Assembly: GCA_052148155.1 (NCBI GenBank)
Contig: JBKQIY010000051.1
Location: 878-64,877 of the forward strand
Length of the DNA stretch: 64,000 bases
Reading direction: 5' to 3'
Source: Acidimicrobiia bacterium
GTDB lineage: Bacteria > Actinomycetota > Acidimicrobiia > IMCC26256 > PALSA-610
Part shown: one piece after another, positions 20,329 to 31,740 of the stretch
Numbering within the stretch: position 1 is the stretch's first letter
Layout of the letters: each line of letters starts with the position of its first letter
The notes under the pieces: generated by a model
What the model was told of the DNA's origin: nothing
The model's input: only the letters and a program-made list of their open reading frames with translations
Databases searched by the model: none
Position numbers and translations under genes: made by a program

Positions 20329-21675
20329 TTGTTCGACGCGCTGTCCGACCGTCTCGAAGGCATCTTCAGTCGCGTCCGCAACCGCGGACGGTTGTCGGAA
20401 CACGACATCGACGAAGTAACGCGCGAGATTCGTCGGGCGCTGCTCGAAGCCGATGTCAACGTACGAGTCGCGCGCGCGTTCATCGATCGGGTGAAAGAAC
20501 GCGCCATCGGCGCTGACCTCTCGAAGAGCCTTTCGCCCGGGCAGCAGTTCATCAAGATCGTCCACGACGAGCTCGTGCAGACGCTCGGCGGCCAGACCGG
20601 CAAGCTGACGATGAGCCCGAAGCCGCCGACCGTCGTGATGCTTGCCGGCCTCCAGGGTTCGGGAAAGACCACCGCCGCCGGCAAGCTCGCGCGGTTGCTC
20701 AAGTCGCAGGGCCTGCAGCCGCTGCTCGTCGGTGCCGACCTCCAGCGTCCGGCCGCGGTCGAGCAGCTGCGCGTCCTCGCCGAACGCGTCGACGTTCCGT
20801 TCTTCTCCGATCCGTCCGATCCGGTCGCGTCGGCGCGCGCCGGCATCGAAGAAGCGCAGCGCCTTGGCCGCAACGTCGTGATCGTCGACACCGCGGGCCG
20901 ACTCCAGATCGACGTCGAGTTGATGGAGGAGCTGCGCGATATCCGCGACGCGGTGCAACCCAACAACACGCTTCTCGTGGTCGACGCGATGACCGGACAA
21001 GAAGCCGTCAACGTTGCGGCGGCATTCCACGAGACCGTCGGACTCGACGGTGTGATCCTCACCAAGATCGACGGTGACGCGCGCGGCGGCGCCGCGCTGT
21101 CGGTGAAAGAAGTTGTCGGCAAACCCATCCTTTTCGCCGGTACCGGCGAAAAGCTCGACGAGTTCGAAGCCTTCCATCCCGATCGCATGGCCGACCGCAT
21201 CCTCGGTATGGGCGACGTGATGACCCTGATCGAAAAGGCCGAGGCTGCGTTCGACACCGAACAGAAACAACGGGCCGAGCAGATCCTTCGGGAGGGAACG
21301 TTCACCCTCGAGGACTTCCTCGACCAGATGCAGCAGGTCAAAAAGATGGGTTCGATCCAGAACGTGATCGGGATGCTGCCAGGAATGCCCAAGGAGGTCC
21401 GCAAGGCCGAGATCGACGACCGCGAGATCACACGGATCGAGGCGATCATCCAGTCGATGACGCCCGCCGAGCGCCGCAAGCCCGACCTCATCAACGGCTC
21501 GCGCCGCGGGCGCATCGCCAAAGGCGCCGGGGTCAATTCCTCCGACGTCAACAACCTGCTCAAGCAGTTCAAGCAGGTGCAGCAAATGATGCGGTCGATG
21601 GGCGGTGGCCGGGGCAAAAAGGGCAAGCGTTCCGGACTGTCGCTCGGGGACCTTCCCGGCCTGCAGGGCCGATAG
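20329..21675 (+). CDS. ffh: Signal recognition particle protein Ffh
   Basis: MFDALSDRLEGIF..LAGLQGSGKTTAAGKLA..DTAGRLQ..TKIDGDARGGAALS..M-rich C-terminus. TTG start. Confidence 0.95.
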   Translation: MFDALSDRLEGIFSRVRNRGRLSEHDIDEVTREIRRALLEADVNVRVARAFIDRVKERAIGADLSKSLSPGQQFIKIVHDELVQTLGGQTGKLTMSPKPPTVVMLAGLQGSGKTTAAGKLARLLKSQGLQPLLVGADLQRPAAVEQLRVLAERVDVPFFSDPSDPVASARAGIEEAQRLGRNVVIVDTAGRLQIDVELMEELRDIRDAVQPNNTLLVVDAMTGQEAVNVAAAFHETVGLDGVILTKIDGDARGGAALSVKEVVGKPILFAGTGEKLDEFEAFHPDRMADRILGMGDVMTLIEKAEAAFDTEQKQRAEQILREGTFTLEDFLDQMQQVKKMGSIQNVIGMLPGMPKEVRKAEIDDREITRIEAIIQSMTPAERRKPDLINGSRRGRIAKGAGVNSSDVNNLLKQFKQVQQMMRSMGGGRGKKGKRSGLSLGDLPGLQGR

Positions 21676-21735
21676 CCGTCATGTTCTAGACTCACTCGCC
21701 GTTCTCAGCGAGCACACTTACGAGCAGGAGTTTCG

Positions 21736-22158
21736 TTGGCCGTCAAGATCCGTTTGATGCGCGTGGGCAAAAAGAAACAGCCCAGCTACCGAGTGGTGGT
21801 GTCCGACGCGCGAAGCCCTCGCGACGGCCGGTTCATCGAGGTGCTCGGCCAGTACGCACCCCGCGCGGAGCCGTCGGTGGTTTCGATCGACGCTGATCGT
21901 GCGCTGCACTGGCTCCGGGTCGGCGCGCAGCCAACTGAGCAGGTCGCCAAACTGCTCGAGATCACCGGCGTGTGGGCCGCGTACAAAGCCGCCGTCGGCA
22001 AAGACGCCGTCGCCAAACCCAAGGCGAAGACACCACCGAAGGCGCAGAAGGTCGAGGCGGCCGCTCCGCCGTCGCCACCTCCCGTAACGCCGGCCTTGGA
22101 CGCCACCGCGGCCGAAGCGCCGGCTGAAACACCCGCCACCGAGGACGTGTCCGAGTGA
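21736..22158 (+). CDS. rpsP: 30S ribosomal protein S16 with Ala/Pro/Lys-rich C-terminal extension
   Basis: MAVKIRLMRVGKKKQPSYRVVVSDARSPRDGRFIE.LG.Y.P. Confidence 0.93.
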   Translation: MAVKIRLMRVGKKKQPSYRVVVSDARSPRDGRFIEVLGQYAPRAEPSVVSIDADRALHWLRVGAQPTEQVAKLLEITGVWAAYKAAVGKDAVAKPKAKTPPKAQKVEAAAPPSPPPVTPALDATAAEAPAETPATEDVSE

Positions 22159-22502
22159 CCGACGACGATCTCGTCGACGACGACTTCGAAGAGGAAGACG
22201 ACTTCGAAGACGACGACTTCGAAGAGGAAGACGAGATCGGCGCCGAAGGAAATCGAGTGAAGGGCGCACGCGCCAAGACCGTGATCGAGCTTGTCGCGCG
22301 GCAACTCGTCGACGACCCCGACGGTGTGTTCGTCGATACAACCGAGCGTTCGGACAACGTCGCGATCCTGATCCACACCAGTCCCGGCGACCTCGGCCGC
22401 ATCATCGGCAAGCGAGGTCGTGTGATCCAGGCGTTACGTCAGGTCGGTCGGGCGGCCGGCGCGACCGAAGGTGTTCGGGTCACGGTCGAGGTCGCGGAGT
22501 AG
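22155..22502 (+). CDS. KH-domain RNA-binding protein (YlqC/UPF0109 family) with poly-acidic N-terminal extension
   Basis: DLGRIIGKRGRVIQALRQV is a KH GXXG motif. The GTGA start overlaps the rpsP stop. Confidence 0.85.
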   Translation: MTDDDLVDDDFEEEDDFEDDDFEEEDEIGAEGNRVKGARAKTVIELVARQLVDDPDGVFVDTTERSDNVAILIHTSPGDLGRIIGKRGRVIQALRQVGRAAGATEGVRVTVEVAE

Positions 22503-22519
22503 CACCGAAACCTGTCGAC

Positions 22520-22999
22520 ATGACGGACGAACCCGTCCTCCTCGAGGTTGGACACGTCGGTCGGGCGCACGGACTGCGCGGCGAGGTTCACGTCGTTGCG
22601 GTGACGAATCTTCCGGAACGTTTCGCTCCCGGGTCGCGCCTGGTCGTCGGTGATGTTCCCCTCGTCGTCGAGTCTGCCCGGACGGCCGGGAACGGATGGG
22701 TCGTGCATTTCGCCGACGTGAACGACCGCAACGCGGCCGAGCTCCTGCGCGGCCGGTCGGTGAAAGCAAGCGCGCTCGACGCTGCCCCCGACGGAGCGGT
22801 GTTCGTGCACGAGGTGATCGGCGCCGAAGTTCGCGATCGTGCCGGGAACCGCATCGGCCGCGTCGAAGCAGTGCAGGCCAATCCGGCGCACGATCTCCTC
22901 GTGCTCGACAACGGAGCGCTCGTGCCGATGGTCTTCGTCGTCGATCAACAGCCCGGAATGTTGGTGGTCGACCTGCCCGACGGTCTCCTCGACCTCTGA
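22520..22999 (+). CDS. rimM: Ribosome maturation factor RimM
   Basis: LEVGHVGRAHGLRGEVHV..L.GR.V....L......F.HEVIG..V. Conserved position between the KH protein and trmD. Confidence 0.88.
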   Translation: MTDEPVLLEVGHVGRAHGLRGEVHVVAVTNLPERFAPGSRLVVGDVPLVVESARTAGNGWVVHFADVNDRNAAELLRGRSVKASALDAAPDGAVFVHEVIGAEVRDRAGNRIGRVEAVQANPAHDLLVLDNGALVPMVFVVDQQPGMLVVDLPDGLLDL

Positions 23000-23739
23000 T
23001 GAGAATCGACGTATTCACAATCTTTGCCGAGTACCTGTCGGCCCCGCTGTCGGTCTCGTTGGTCGGTCGTGCCCGCGACGCCGGTCTGCTCGACGTGCGC
23101 ATACACGACCCGCGAGCGTTCACAACTGACGTGCATCACGCGGTCGACGACGCACCGTTCGGCGGAGGGGCAGGCATGATCATGATGCCCGAACCTCTGT
23201 TCTCGGCGGTCGAAGCGGTGAAACCAGCGCGGCCGCTGCTGATGCTGTCGGCGAGTGGGCCGCGGTTCGATCAGGTCCGCGCACGCGAGCTCGCCGCCGG
23301 CGACGGCTTCTCGTTGCTGTGCGGACGGTACGAAGGCGTCGACCAGCGAGTTGCCGACTACTGCTGCGACGGTGAGCTCTCGGTCGGCGACTATGTGCTC
23401 GCCGGCGGGGAGGCAGCCGCGCTCGTCGTGATCGAAGCTGTTACCCGATTGGTGCCCGGCGTGATGGGAAACGCCGCGTCGTCGACCGAGGAGTCATTCA
23501 ACGTCGCTCCCGACATGGCCCTCCTCGAGTATCCGCAATATACGCGTCCGGCCCGTTTTCGCGACTGGGAGGTTCCCGCAGTCCTGCGTTCGGGTGACCA
23601 CGCCCGGATCGCCCGGTGGCGGCACGCACAGTCGCTGCTCCGGACCCGCGAGCGACGTCCGGATCTGGTCTCCGGGCCCCTCAGCGCCGAAGAGGAGCGC
23701 CTCCGAGCCGAGTTCCCGCCCGACGATGACGGCCGCTAG
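22999..23739 (+). CDS. trmD: tRNA (guanine37-N1)-methyltransferase TrmD
   Basis: MRIDVFTIFAEYL..VDDAPFGGGAGMIMMPEP..LLCGRYEGVDQRV..SVGDYVLAGGE.AALV..EA..RL.PGV. Confidence 0.93.
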   Translation: MRIDVFTIFAEYLSAPLSVSLVGRARDAGLLDVRIHDPRAFTTDVHHAVDDAPFGGGAGMIMMPEPLFSAVEAVKPARPLLMLSASGPRFDQVRARELAAGDGFSLLCGRYEGVDQRVADYCCDGELSVGDYVLAGGEAAALVVIEAVTRLVPGVMGNAASSTEESFNVAPDMALLEYPQYTRPARFRDWEVPAVLRSGDHARIARWRHAQSLLRTRERRPDLVSGPLSAEEERLRAEFPPDDDGR

Positions 23740-23778
23740 CATCGCGGGCTCGCGCCTGCGACCTGGAGTACTTCCACC

Positions 23779-24123
23779 ATGAACCGCACTGACCTCGTCG
23801 ACCGCGCGTATCTGCGCGACGACATTCCCGACTTCGGTCCCGGCGACACCCTCAAAGTCCACGTCCGGGTGGTCGAGGGCACCCGCGAGCGGGTCCAGCT
23901 CTTTCAAGGCGCTGTGATCCGCCGACAGGGCAGCGGCGCCCGCGAGACGTTCACGGTGCGCAAGGTCAGCTTCGGAGTAGGTGTCGAACGCACGTTCCCG
24001 GTCCATTCGCCGATCCTCGCCCGAATTGAGGTCGTGACCCGTGGCGACGTGAGGCGAGCCAAGCTGTACTACCTGCGCGACCGCGTCGGGAAGGCCGCGA
24101 AGATCAAAGAGAAGCGCTTCTGA
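23779..24123 (+). CDS. rplS: 50S ribosomal protein L19
   Basis: [62 protein letters not shown]. Confidence 0.94.
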   Translation: MNRTDLVDRAYLRDDIPDFGPGDTLKVHVRVVEGTRERVQLFQGAVIRRQGSGARETFTVRKVSFGVGVERTFPVHSPILARIEVVTRGDVRRAKLYYLRDRVGKAAKIKEKRF

Positions 24124-24199
24124 TCCAGGCCTGCGTTCGCGCGCCGGACCGTCGAGCCATGATCGGATCGGCCGCAACCCGGCGTAGACTTGCGGCTTC

Positions 24200-24493
24200 A
24201 TGAGCACCGAAGATCTCGAGCGCTACGAAACCGACATCGAGCTGCAGCTGTACCGCGAGTACCGCGACGTCCTGCCGATGTTCCAGTACGTCGTGGAGAC
24301 CGAGCGTCGGTTCTATCTCGCGAACGAGGTCGATCTCGAAGTACGCCGCGATGAAGGCCGCACCTACTTCGAGCTCCGTCTTCGCGACGCGTGGGTATGG
24401 GACATGTACCGCAACACCCGCTTCGTCGCCGACGTGCGGGTGGTGACGTTCAAGGACGTGAACGTCGAGGAACTTCCCGGCAAGGATCTCTAA
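24200..24493 (+). CDS. DUF2469-family conserved actinobacterial protein
   Basis: MSTEDLERYETDIELQLYREYRDVLPMFQYVVETERRFYLAN..VWDMYRNTRFV. Family assignment is from memory. Confidence 0.75.
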   Translation: MSTEDLERYETDIELQLYREYRDVLPMFQYVVETERRFYLANEVDLEVRRDEGRTYFELRLRDAWVWDMYRNTRFVADVRVVTFKDVNVEELPGKDL

Positions 24494-24646
24494 CGTCGGG
24501 CGACGCCCGACGTGTCGCCCGACCCGCGAAGCGGCCACGTCGCGGTCGCCGAATCCACGATCGCTGCCGCGTTCCTCGATCGACCGGACGCGTTCCGACG
24601 GGAAGACCACCTCGGTTGTAGCTCCGGCGCCTGACCGTTCGCCGCG

Positions 24647-24904
24647 TCAGTTCCCGCGGCCGCGCCGCCGCTGCGCCCGTTCTTGGCGTCGCTGCTCGCC
24701 CCGCCAACAGCCAGTGTGCCAATGGCGTCGCTCCTGGGGAGCGTCGAGCGGGATGACGACTTCGTGGCCCTCGCCCGGGCGGATCTCGTGGTCGCAGCCC
24801 GGACACCGGTAGGTCTTGTCGGCCTGGTACGGCTGCATGTGCCGGACATCGATCGGCGCGTCGTCGCCGGGGTTGTTCGCGTCGGTCCAGTCGTGCTCGG
24901 TCAT
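24647..24904 (-). CDS. Small Cys/His (zinc-ribbon-like) protein, unknown function
   Basis: MTEHDWTDANNPGDD..YRCPGCDHEIRPGEGHEVV..RRHWHTGCW. This is the C-terminal 85 aa of the 415-aa track ORF. The remainder of that ORF is antisense to the hydratase gene. Confidence 0.5.
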   Translation of the reverse strand: MTEHDWTDANNPGDDAPIDVRHMQPYQADKTYRCPGCDHEIRPGEGHEVVIPLDAPQERRHWHTGCWRGEQRRQERAQRRRGRGN

Positions 24905-25135
24905 TGGTTCCGCCGCACCAACCAAAAGGACAGGATCGTCACCACGCCCACGCGGTCGTGCCAAGCGCGGTGTCGCCACGCCGACGCACGTTCGGACGGA
25001 AAGTATTGGAGCCCACCCACCTACGTTAACGATTCGGGCACTCGTTCCGAGCCGTGCATCGCACGCTGAGCTGTCCGAACGTCCGAGCGTACGCTCTGCG
25101 CTTGACGACGCACCGTCGGATTCGGGAGGAATCGT

Positions 25136-25921
25136 ATGGACCCGCTGCTCGTCGAGCGCGCGGACGGCGTGGTGACCTGCACGCTGAACCGTCCCGACAA
25201 GAAGAACGCCGTGACCCAACAGATGTGGCTCGCCATGATCGACCTCTTCGAGGAGGTGGCGGTCAATCGCGCCGATCGTGTGCTGGTGATCACGGGTGCC
25301 GGTGACGGCTTCTGTTCGGGAGCCGACCTCGCCGACAGCGGCTCCGCCGACGCCGCGACCGGAGTCGGGAGCGCGCTCGCCGGCATGCGAATTGTGGGTC
25401 GTGCCGCGCTCGCGCTGCACGCGCTGGCCAAGCCCACCATCGCCGCAGTCAACGGTGTCGCCGCGGGTGCCGGCTGCAATCTCGCACTCGGCTGCGACCT
25501 GATCGTCGCGTCCGATCAGGCGCGGTTCAGCGAAATCTTCGCCAAGCGAGGTCTCGTCGTCGATTTCGGGGGATCGTGGCTGTTGCCCCGCCTCGTCGGC
25601 ATGCATCGCGCCAAAGAGCTCGTCTTGCTCGCCGATGTGATCGACGCGGTGGAAGCGGAACGCATCGGGCTCGTCAATCGCGTCGTCGCGCACGAACTGC
25701 TCGCCGAGACGGTACGTTCGCTCGCCCTCCGCCTCGCGAACATGGCCCCGTTGACGTTGGCTGTGTCGAAACGGCTGCTCGACCAGTCGCTGGCGGTCTC
25801 GATGGCGGAGGCCATCGAAGCCGAGAACATGGCCCAGGCGCTCATGTCGACCACCCACGATACGGCTGAGGCGATCCTCGCGTTCTTTGAGCATCGAGAG
25901 CCGCGCTTGGACGGTTCCTGA
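25136..25921 (+). CDS. Enoyl-CoA hydratase/isomerase (crotonase) family protein
   Basis: TLNRPDKKNAV..LVITGAGDGFCSGADL..KPTIAAVNGVAAGAGCNLALGCDL..F.EKREP. Confidence 0.88.
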   Translation: MDPLLVERADGVVTCTLNRPDKKNAVTQQMWLAMIDLFEEVAVNRADRVLVITGAGDGFCSGADLADSGSADAATGVGSALAGMRIVGRAALALHALAKPTIAAVNGVAAGAGCNLALGCDLIVASDQARFSEIFAKRGLVVDFGGSWLLPRLVGMHRAKELVLLADVIDAVEAERIGLVNRVVAHELLAETVRSLALRLANMAPLTLAVSKRLLDQSLAVSMAEAIEAENMAQALMSTTHDTAEAILAFFEHREPRLDGS

Positions 25922-25951
25922 TCCTGTTCGGGTGCCCGGACGCGCTCGCCG

Positions 25952-26149
25952 CTACTGGGTCGTCTCGCTGCTGCGCTCTTCGCGTGCTGCGCGTATGGCG
26001 TCTCGGTCGGGTTCGCGTACCCGGCGCAACCACGCTCCGTGCCATTCCCACGCAGCCGAGCAACGGGCACAGGTGAGCAGCATGGAGCCGCCTGAGAGCG
26101 TTTCGGCCTCGATCGGTGTCGCGTCATACGGGCACTGGGTCAGCTCCAC
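25952..26149 (-). CDS. Hypothetical small protein (65 aa), weak support
   Basis: ORF only. Contains C..CxxC spacing and shows no recognisable family. Confidence 0.25.
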   Translation of the reverse strand: MELTQCPYDATPIEAETLSGGSMLLTCARCSAAWEWHGAWLRRVREPDRDAIRAAREERSSETTQ

Positions 26150-26646
26150 GACTCACATCTCGGCAATCTGCGCCGAAGCTGAAGAAACTCGTTCACACAA
26201 TTCGGTCAGTTCGGTCAGTTCGCCCACCGGAGCCTCGTCGGGTGAACCGTCCGGCCTGTTCCCGGCGCCTCGACGCGCCCCGGGGCCGGGCCGGCCTGAG
26301 CGGCAACTGTGCTCCAGCGCATGACCGTCGGGGGTTGTACCGAGCGTGTACGGCCCAGCATCCTGGGCCGGACGGTCCAGCAGTGCCTCTCAGCCACGGC
26401 GGCCAGCGCGTGCTCGGCTGAGCACGATCGCCCCAAATCCGGATTGAGGCATGCGCGTGTGATCGGTGAGCAACTCGGGTCAGGCCAACGCCGGGAACGG
26501 GTCCGGCGCTGTCGACCGGACCCACCGTTTGCCATCTCTGGGCAAGGGGTCGCTCGAGCGAGACGCCCGAGGAGGGATCGACGGGGGCGCTCAAGGGAGG
26601 CGCTCGAAGGAGGCGCGACGCTGTCTGTGGGGCCAACTAGCGTCAT

Positions 26647-27549
26647 GTGTTCATGGCCGAGCACAATCGATCGGGGCACGACCCAGGCGGTTTCGCGGCG
26701 TCGCTCACCGGTGTGAGTGAGCACACGCGTCGCGCCTACACCCACGACGTTGACGAGTTCGTGTCGTGGTGCGAGCGGGGTGGATGTCCGAACGCAGCCG
26801 ATCTCGACCATCGCTCGTTGCGGGGCTACTTCGCGTATCTGCAGACCCGGTCTTTCGGTCGGGCGACAATCTCGCGCAAGGCGGCGTCGGTGCACGCCTA
26901 CGTGCGGTTTCTGCGGCGCCACGGTGTTGTGACGCGAGATGTCGCCGCTCGCCTCCACACCGCCCGCGGGCCGAAGAAGCTGCCGCGTGTGCCGCGTCGC
27001 CAGGATGCGATGGCGCTGCTCGACCGGGCCGGTGACCTCATCGACGACGATCCTCGTGTCGCCCGGGACGTGGCGATCCTCGAACTCCTGTACGGCGCGG
27101 GTCTACGTGTGAGCGAATGCTGCGGACTCGACGTGGGCTCGGTCGATCTTCGCCAGAGCACCGTCACCGTGCTCGGCAAGGGCCTCAAGGTCCGTCGCCT
27201 CCCGCTCGGCCGGCCGGCGTGCGACGCAGTCGCCGGGTATCTGGCTGACGCGCGAGGCGCGCTGGCCCACCAGGAGACGCCGGCCCTGTTCGTCAATGCT
27301 CGGGGTCACCGAATGACACCCAGAGACGCGCGGCGGGTGCTTGCCCGCCACCCGTTGGCGGACGGCCGGACCCTGCATCCACACGCGCTGCGTCACGCGT
27401 ACGCCACGCACCTGCTCGAGGGCGGAGCGGATCTCCGGGCGGTTCAGGAGCTCCTCGGGCACGCCGACGTGGGGACCACCCAGGTCTACACTCATGTAAC
27501 TCGTGACCGATTGTGGTCGGTGTACGAGCGGACGCACCCTCGGGCCTAG
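26647..27549 (+). CDS. xerC: Tyrosine recombinase XerC/XerD family (start may be ATG 26653)
   Basis: HTRRAYTHDVDEFVSW..GLRVSECCGL..HALRHAYATHLLEGGADLRAVQELLGHADVGTTQVYTHV. Confidence 0.88.
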   Translation: MFMAEHNRSGHDPGGFAASLTGVSEHTRRAYTHDVDEFVSWCERGGCPNAADLDHRSLRGYFAYLQTRSFGRATISRKAASVHAYVRFLRRHGVVTRDVAARLHTARGPKKLPRVPRRQDAMALLDRAGDLIDDDPRVARDVAILELLYGAGLRVSECCGLDVGSVDLRQSTVTVLGKGLKVRRLPLGRPACDAVAGYLADARGALAHQETPALFVNARGHRMTPRDARRVLARHPLADGRTLHPHALRHAYATHLLEGGADLRAVQELLGHADVGTTQVYTHVTRDRLWSVYERTHPRA

Positions 27550-27567
27550 GGAAGCGGGCAGTACAGC

Positions 27568-28356
27568 GTGGACGAGTCAACGGCGGAAATCGCCGAACTC
27601 TGGGAACATTACAAACAGCGCAACACGGCGGACGCGCGCGAGCGCTTGATCCTGCATTACTCGCCGCTCGTGAAGTTCGTCGCAGGCCGCGTCGCCGCCG
27701 GGTTACCGCAGAACATCGAGCAGTCCGACTTGGTCAGCTACGGCATCTTCGGGCTCATCGACGCGATCGACAAGTTCGACCTCGCCCGTGGCTACAAGTT
27801 TGAAACCTACGCGATCTCGCGTATCAAAGGCGCGATCATCGACGAGCTCCGTTCGATCGACTGGGTTCCCCGTTCGGTCCGGGCGAAGGCACGCTCGATC
27901 GAACGCGCATACTCGAAGCTCGAGAACGAGTTGAAACGCAGCCCCGAGGACGCCGAAGTCGCCAAGGAACTCGGGATGACCGAGTCGGAGCTCGCGACGG
28001 TGCTCGGCCAGATCAGCTTCGTCGGAGTTGTCGCGCTCGACGAGTTGCTCAGCGCGGGTTCCGAACGCGGCAGCGGTGCGACCGTCGGCGACACCATCGC
28101 CGGTGGCGGCCACGATCCGGTTGAGGCGTTCGAATCCGAAGAGATGCGCCAGGTCCTCGCCGACGCGATCAACCGGATGCCCGACCGCGAGCGGCTCGTG
28201 CTCACGCTCTACTACTACGAAGGGCTCACGCTCGCCGAGATCGGCAACGTGCTCGGCGTGACCGAGAGCCGCGTCTGTCAGATTCATACCAAAGCGATCT
28301 TCCAGCTTCGCTCTCGGCTGTCAGAGCCGCTGCCGGAACGCGGCATCGTCACCTAA
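27568..28356 (+). CDS. whiG: FliA/WhiG-family (sigma-28 type) RNA polymerase sigma factor
   Basis: [97 protein letters not shown]. Confidence 0.88.
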   Translation: MDESTAEIAELWEHYKQRNTADARERLILHYSPLVKFVAGRVAAGLPQNIEQSDLVSYGIFGLIDAIDKFDLARGYKFETYAISRIKGAIIDELRSIDWVPRSVRAKARSIERAYSKLENELKRSPEDAEVAKELGMTESELATVLGQISFVGVVALDELLSAGSERGSGATVGDTIAGGGHDPVEAFESEEMRQVLADAINRMPDRERLVLTLYYYEGLTLAEIGNVLGVTESRVCQIHTKAIFQLRSRLSEPLPERGIVT

Positions 28357-29142
28357 AGCGCGCTTCGCGCATCGCAGCGCGGGACGCCGGCACTCCGGGA
28401 GCCGACTTCCCAGACCGTCGCTCCCGCGGTCGTCGGGTTCGAGAGCGGTCCGGGTCGGCGACATGGTCGTGCGACGGTCCGTCGACCGTGGGGCGTGCCG
28501 GACAGGACGGAGCCGACCGCGCGGCGACGAAGGAGACACCTGCACGCGGTCGCGCCTCGCTCATTCGTAGGTCTGGTCGCGACGCGGCGGTCGCATACGC
28601 GCACAGGGGGGAGGCTCTGTTCGCACGTTGGGTTGGTCGCCCATGGGTGCGGGCCGACACGTCAGGTCGAGACGGTCGACGCGTCGGATGGTGTGGGGGA
28701 GAGGCATCCCGATCCGGGGCGTCTGTGGCCTGTCGATCTCACGGCGATCGCGCAGGCTCGCCGAACACTGCCCGCCGGTGCGGCCACTCGTGGTGCGGAC
28801 ACCAAGCCGGCAGGTGAACTCGCGCACGAGAGCGGCGTGCCGGGTCGCGTCGTGGGACTTGCCACCGAGCTGGTTTGGGGACTCGGCGGGACGGCCGCCC
28901 CGGATCCCGAAGCCGAATCGGCCGCCGGGCCCGTGCAGCCACCGCAGTCCACAACCGGACAATTCGGACTGGTGGCGGGCGTATCGGGCAGGGTCGTCTC
29001 GTGAGGTTGACCGCTACACTTCGCGTGTCCCCACTCTTCGAAACCGGACCAAGCACGCCCGCGAACCCGAGGTGGCGTCCGACTGCAGCTGCGGCCGGCG
29101 CTCTCGCGGACGGAAGACCGAAACCTTTAGGGAGGCACGGCT

Positions 29143-30099
29143 GTGGCCGTCGTAAGCATGAAGCAGTTGTTGGAAGCTGGCGTCCATTTCGGTCACCAGA
29201 CCCGTCGCTGGAACCCGAAGATGCGGCGTTTCATCTTCGGAGAGCGCAACGGGATCTATATCGTCGACCTGCACCAGACACTGGAACGCATCGACACGGC
29301 ATATCGGTTCGTGCGCGAGGACGTCGCCCGAGGAGGCAGCGTCCTGTTCGTCGGGACGAAAAAGCAGGCGCAGGAGCCCGTCGAACGCCAAGCCGAGGCG
29401 TGCGGCATGCCGTACGTCAACTTCCGCTGGTTGGGCGGGATGCTCACCAACTTTCAGACTGTCCACTCGCGTGTCGCGAAGCTGCGCGAACTTCAGCGGC
29501 AGGTCGACTCCGGCGAGGTCGATTTGATGTCGAAGAAGGAAGGGCTCAAGGTTCGGCGCGATCTCGCGAAGCTTGAGCGCAACCTTGGCGGTATCAAGAA
29601 CCTCGAGAAGCTCCCGAGCGTCATTTTCGTGATCGACACGAAGAAGGAGCACATCGCAGTCACCGAAGCGAACCGTTTGCACATCCCTGTCGTCGCGGTG
29701 GTCGACACGAACTGCGACCCCGACGTCATCGACTATGTCATTCCCGGCAACGACGACGCGATCCGATCCGCGAACCTCATGTGTCGCGTCATCAGCGACG
29801 CCGTCAGGGAGGGCCGGGAAATGGGCCGCCGTCGCAACGCCCGACCCGGCACTCGTTCCGACGAGCCGGCACCGGCCGCGGTGGCTGCTCCGCCGCGCCC
29901 GACGCGCACGCCGGAGGAGGAACGGGAGTTCCAGGAACGTCAGCGCGCAGCGAAGGCCGCAGCCGCAGAAAAACAACGCCAGATCGAAGTGCGCGCCCAG
30001 GCCGCCAAGGCGATCCCGCCCCCGCCCGAACCTGCCGACGCCGTCGCCGCCACCGCCGGTGCCGGCGCGGACGCGCCGGTCGAGTCCGAAGGAGTGTGA
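29143..30099 (+). CDS. rpsB: 30S ribosomal protein S2 with charged/Ala-Pro-rich C-terminal extension
   Basis: [53 protein letters not shown] Shine-Dalgarno sequence lies upstream of the GTG. Confidence 0.95.
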   Translation: MAVVSMKQLLEAGVHFGHQTRRWNPKMRRFIFGERNGIYIVDLHQTLERIDTAYRFVREDVARGGSVLFVGTKKQAQEPVERQAEACGMPYVNFRWLGGMLTNFQTVHSRVAKLRELQRQVDSGEVDLMSKKEGLKVRRDLAKLERNLGGIKNLEKLPSVIFVIDTKKEHIAVTEANRLHIPVVAVVDTNCDPDVIDYVIPGNDDAIRSANLMCRVISDAVREGREMGRRRNARPGTRSDEPAPAAVAAPPRPTRTPEEEREFQERQRAAKAAAAEKQRQIEVRAQAAKAIPPPPEPADAVAATAGAGADAPVESEGV

Positions 30100-30101
30100 C
30101 G

Positions 30102-31739
<1,638 letters not shown>

Positions 31740-31740
<1 letters not shown>

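Noticed and set aside
24905-25894. Upstream 330 aa of the 415-aa minus-strand ORF
   Set aside because: It is antisense to the crotonase gene. Only the last 85 aa (24647..24904) lie in otherwise unoccupied DNA and look like a real small protein.
26150-26646. Known structured RNAs (RNase P RNA, tmRNA, SRP RNA) in the long gap
   Set aside because: I looked for GGAAAGUCCGG-type RNase P motifs, a tRNA-like tmRNA 3' end, and the SRP domain IV GGAA tetraloop context. I found no convincing match by eye. A covariance-model scan is still needed.
26647-27549. Phage-type integrase marking a mobile element
   Set aside because: The sequence has XerC/XerD-type motifs and sits in the conserved housekeeping position next to whiG and rpsB. 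No attachment-site repeats, tRNA target or phage genes are nearby.
28425-28450. tRNA-like T-loop (GGTTCGAGA)
   Set aside because: No acceptor, D or anticodon arms can be drawn around it.
28495-29004. 169-aa ORF as a confident CDS
   Set aside because: Its N-terminal third is Arg-rich junk, and I recognise no family or clear RBS. It is kept only as a weak candidate within the gap finding.
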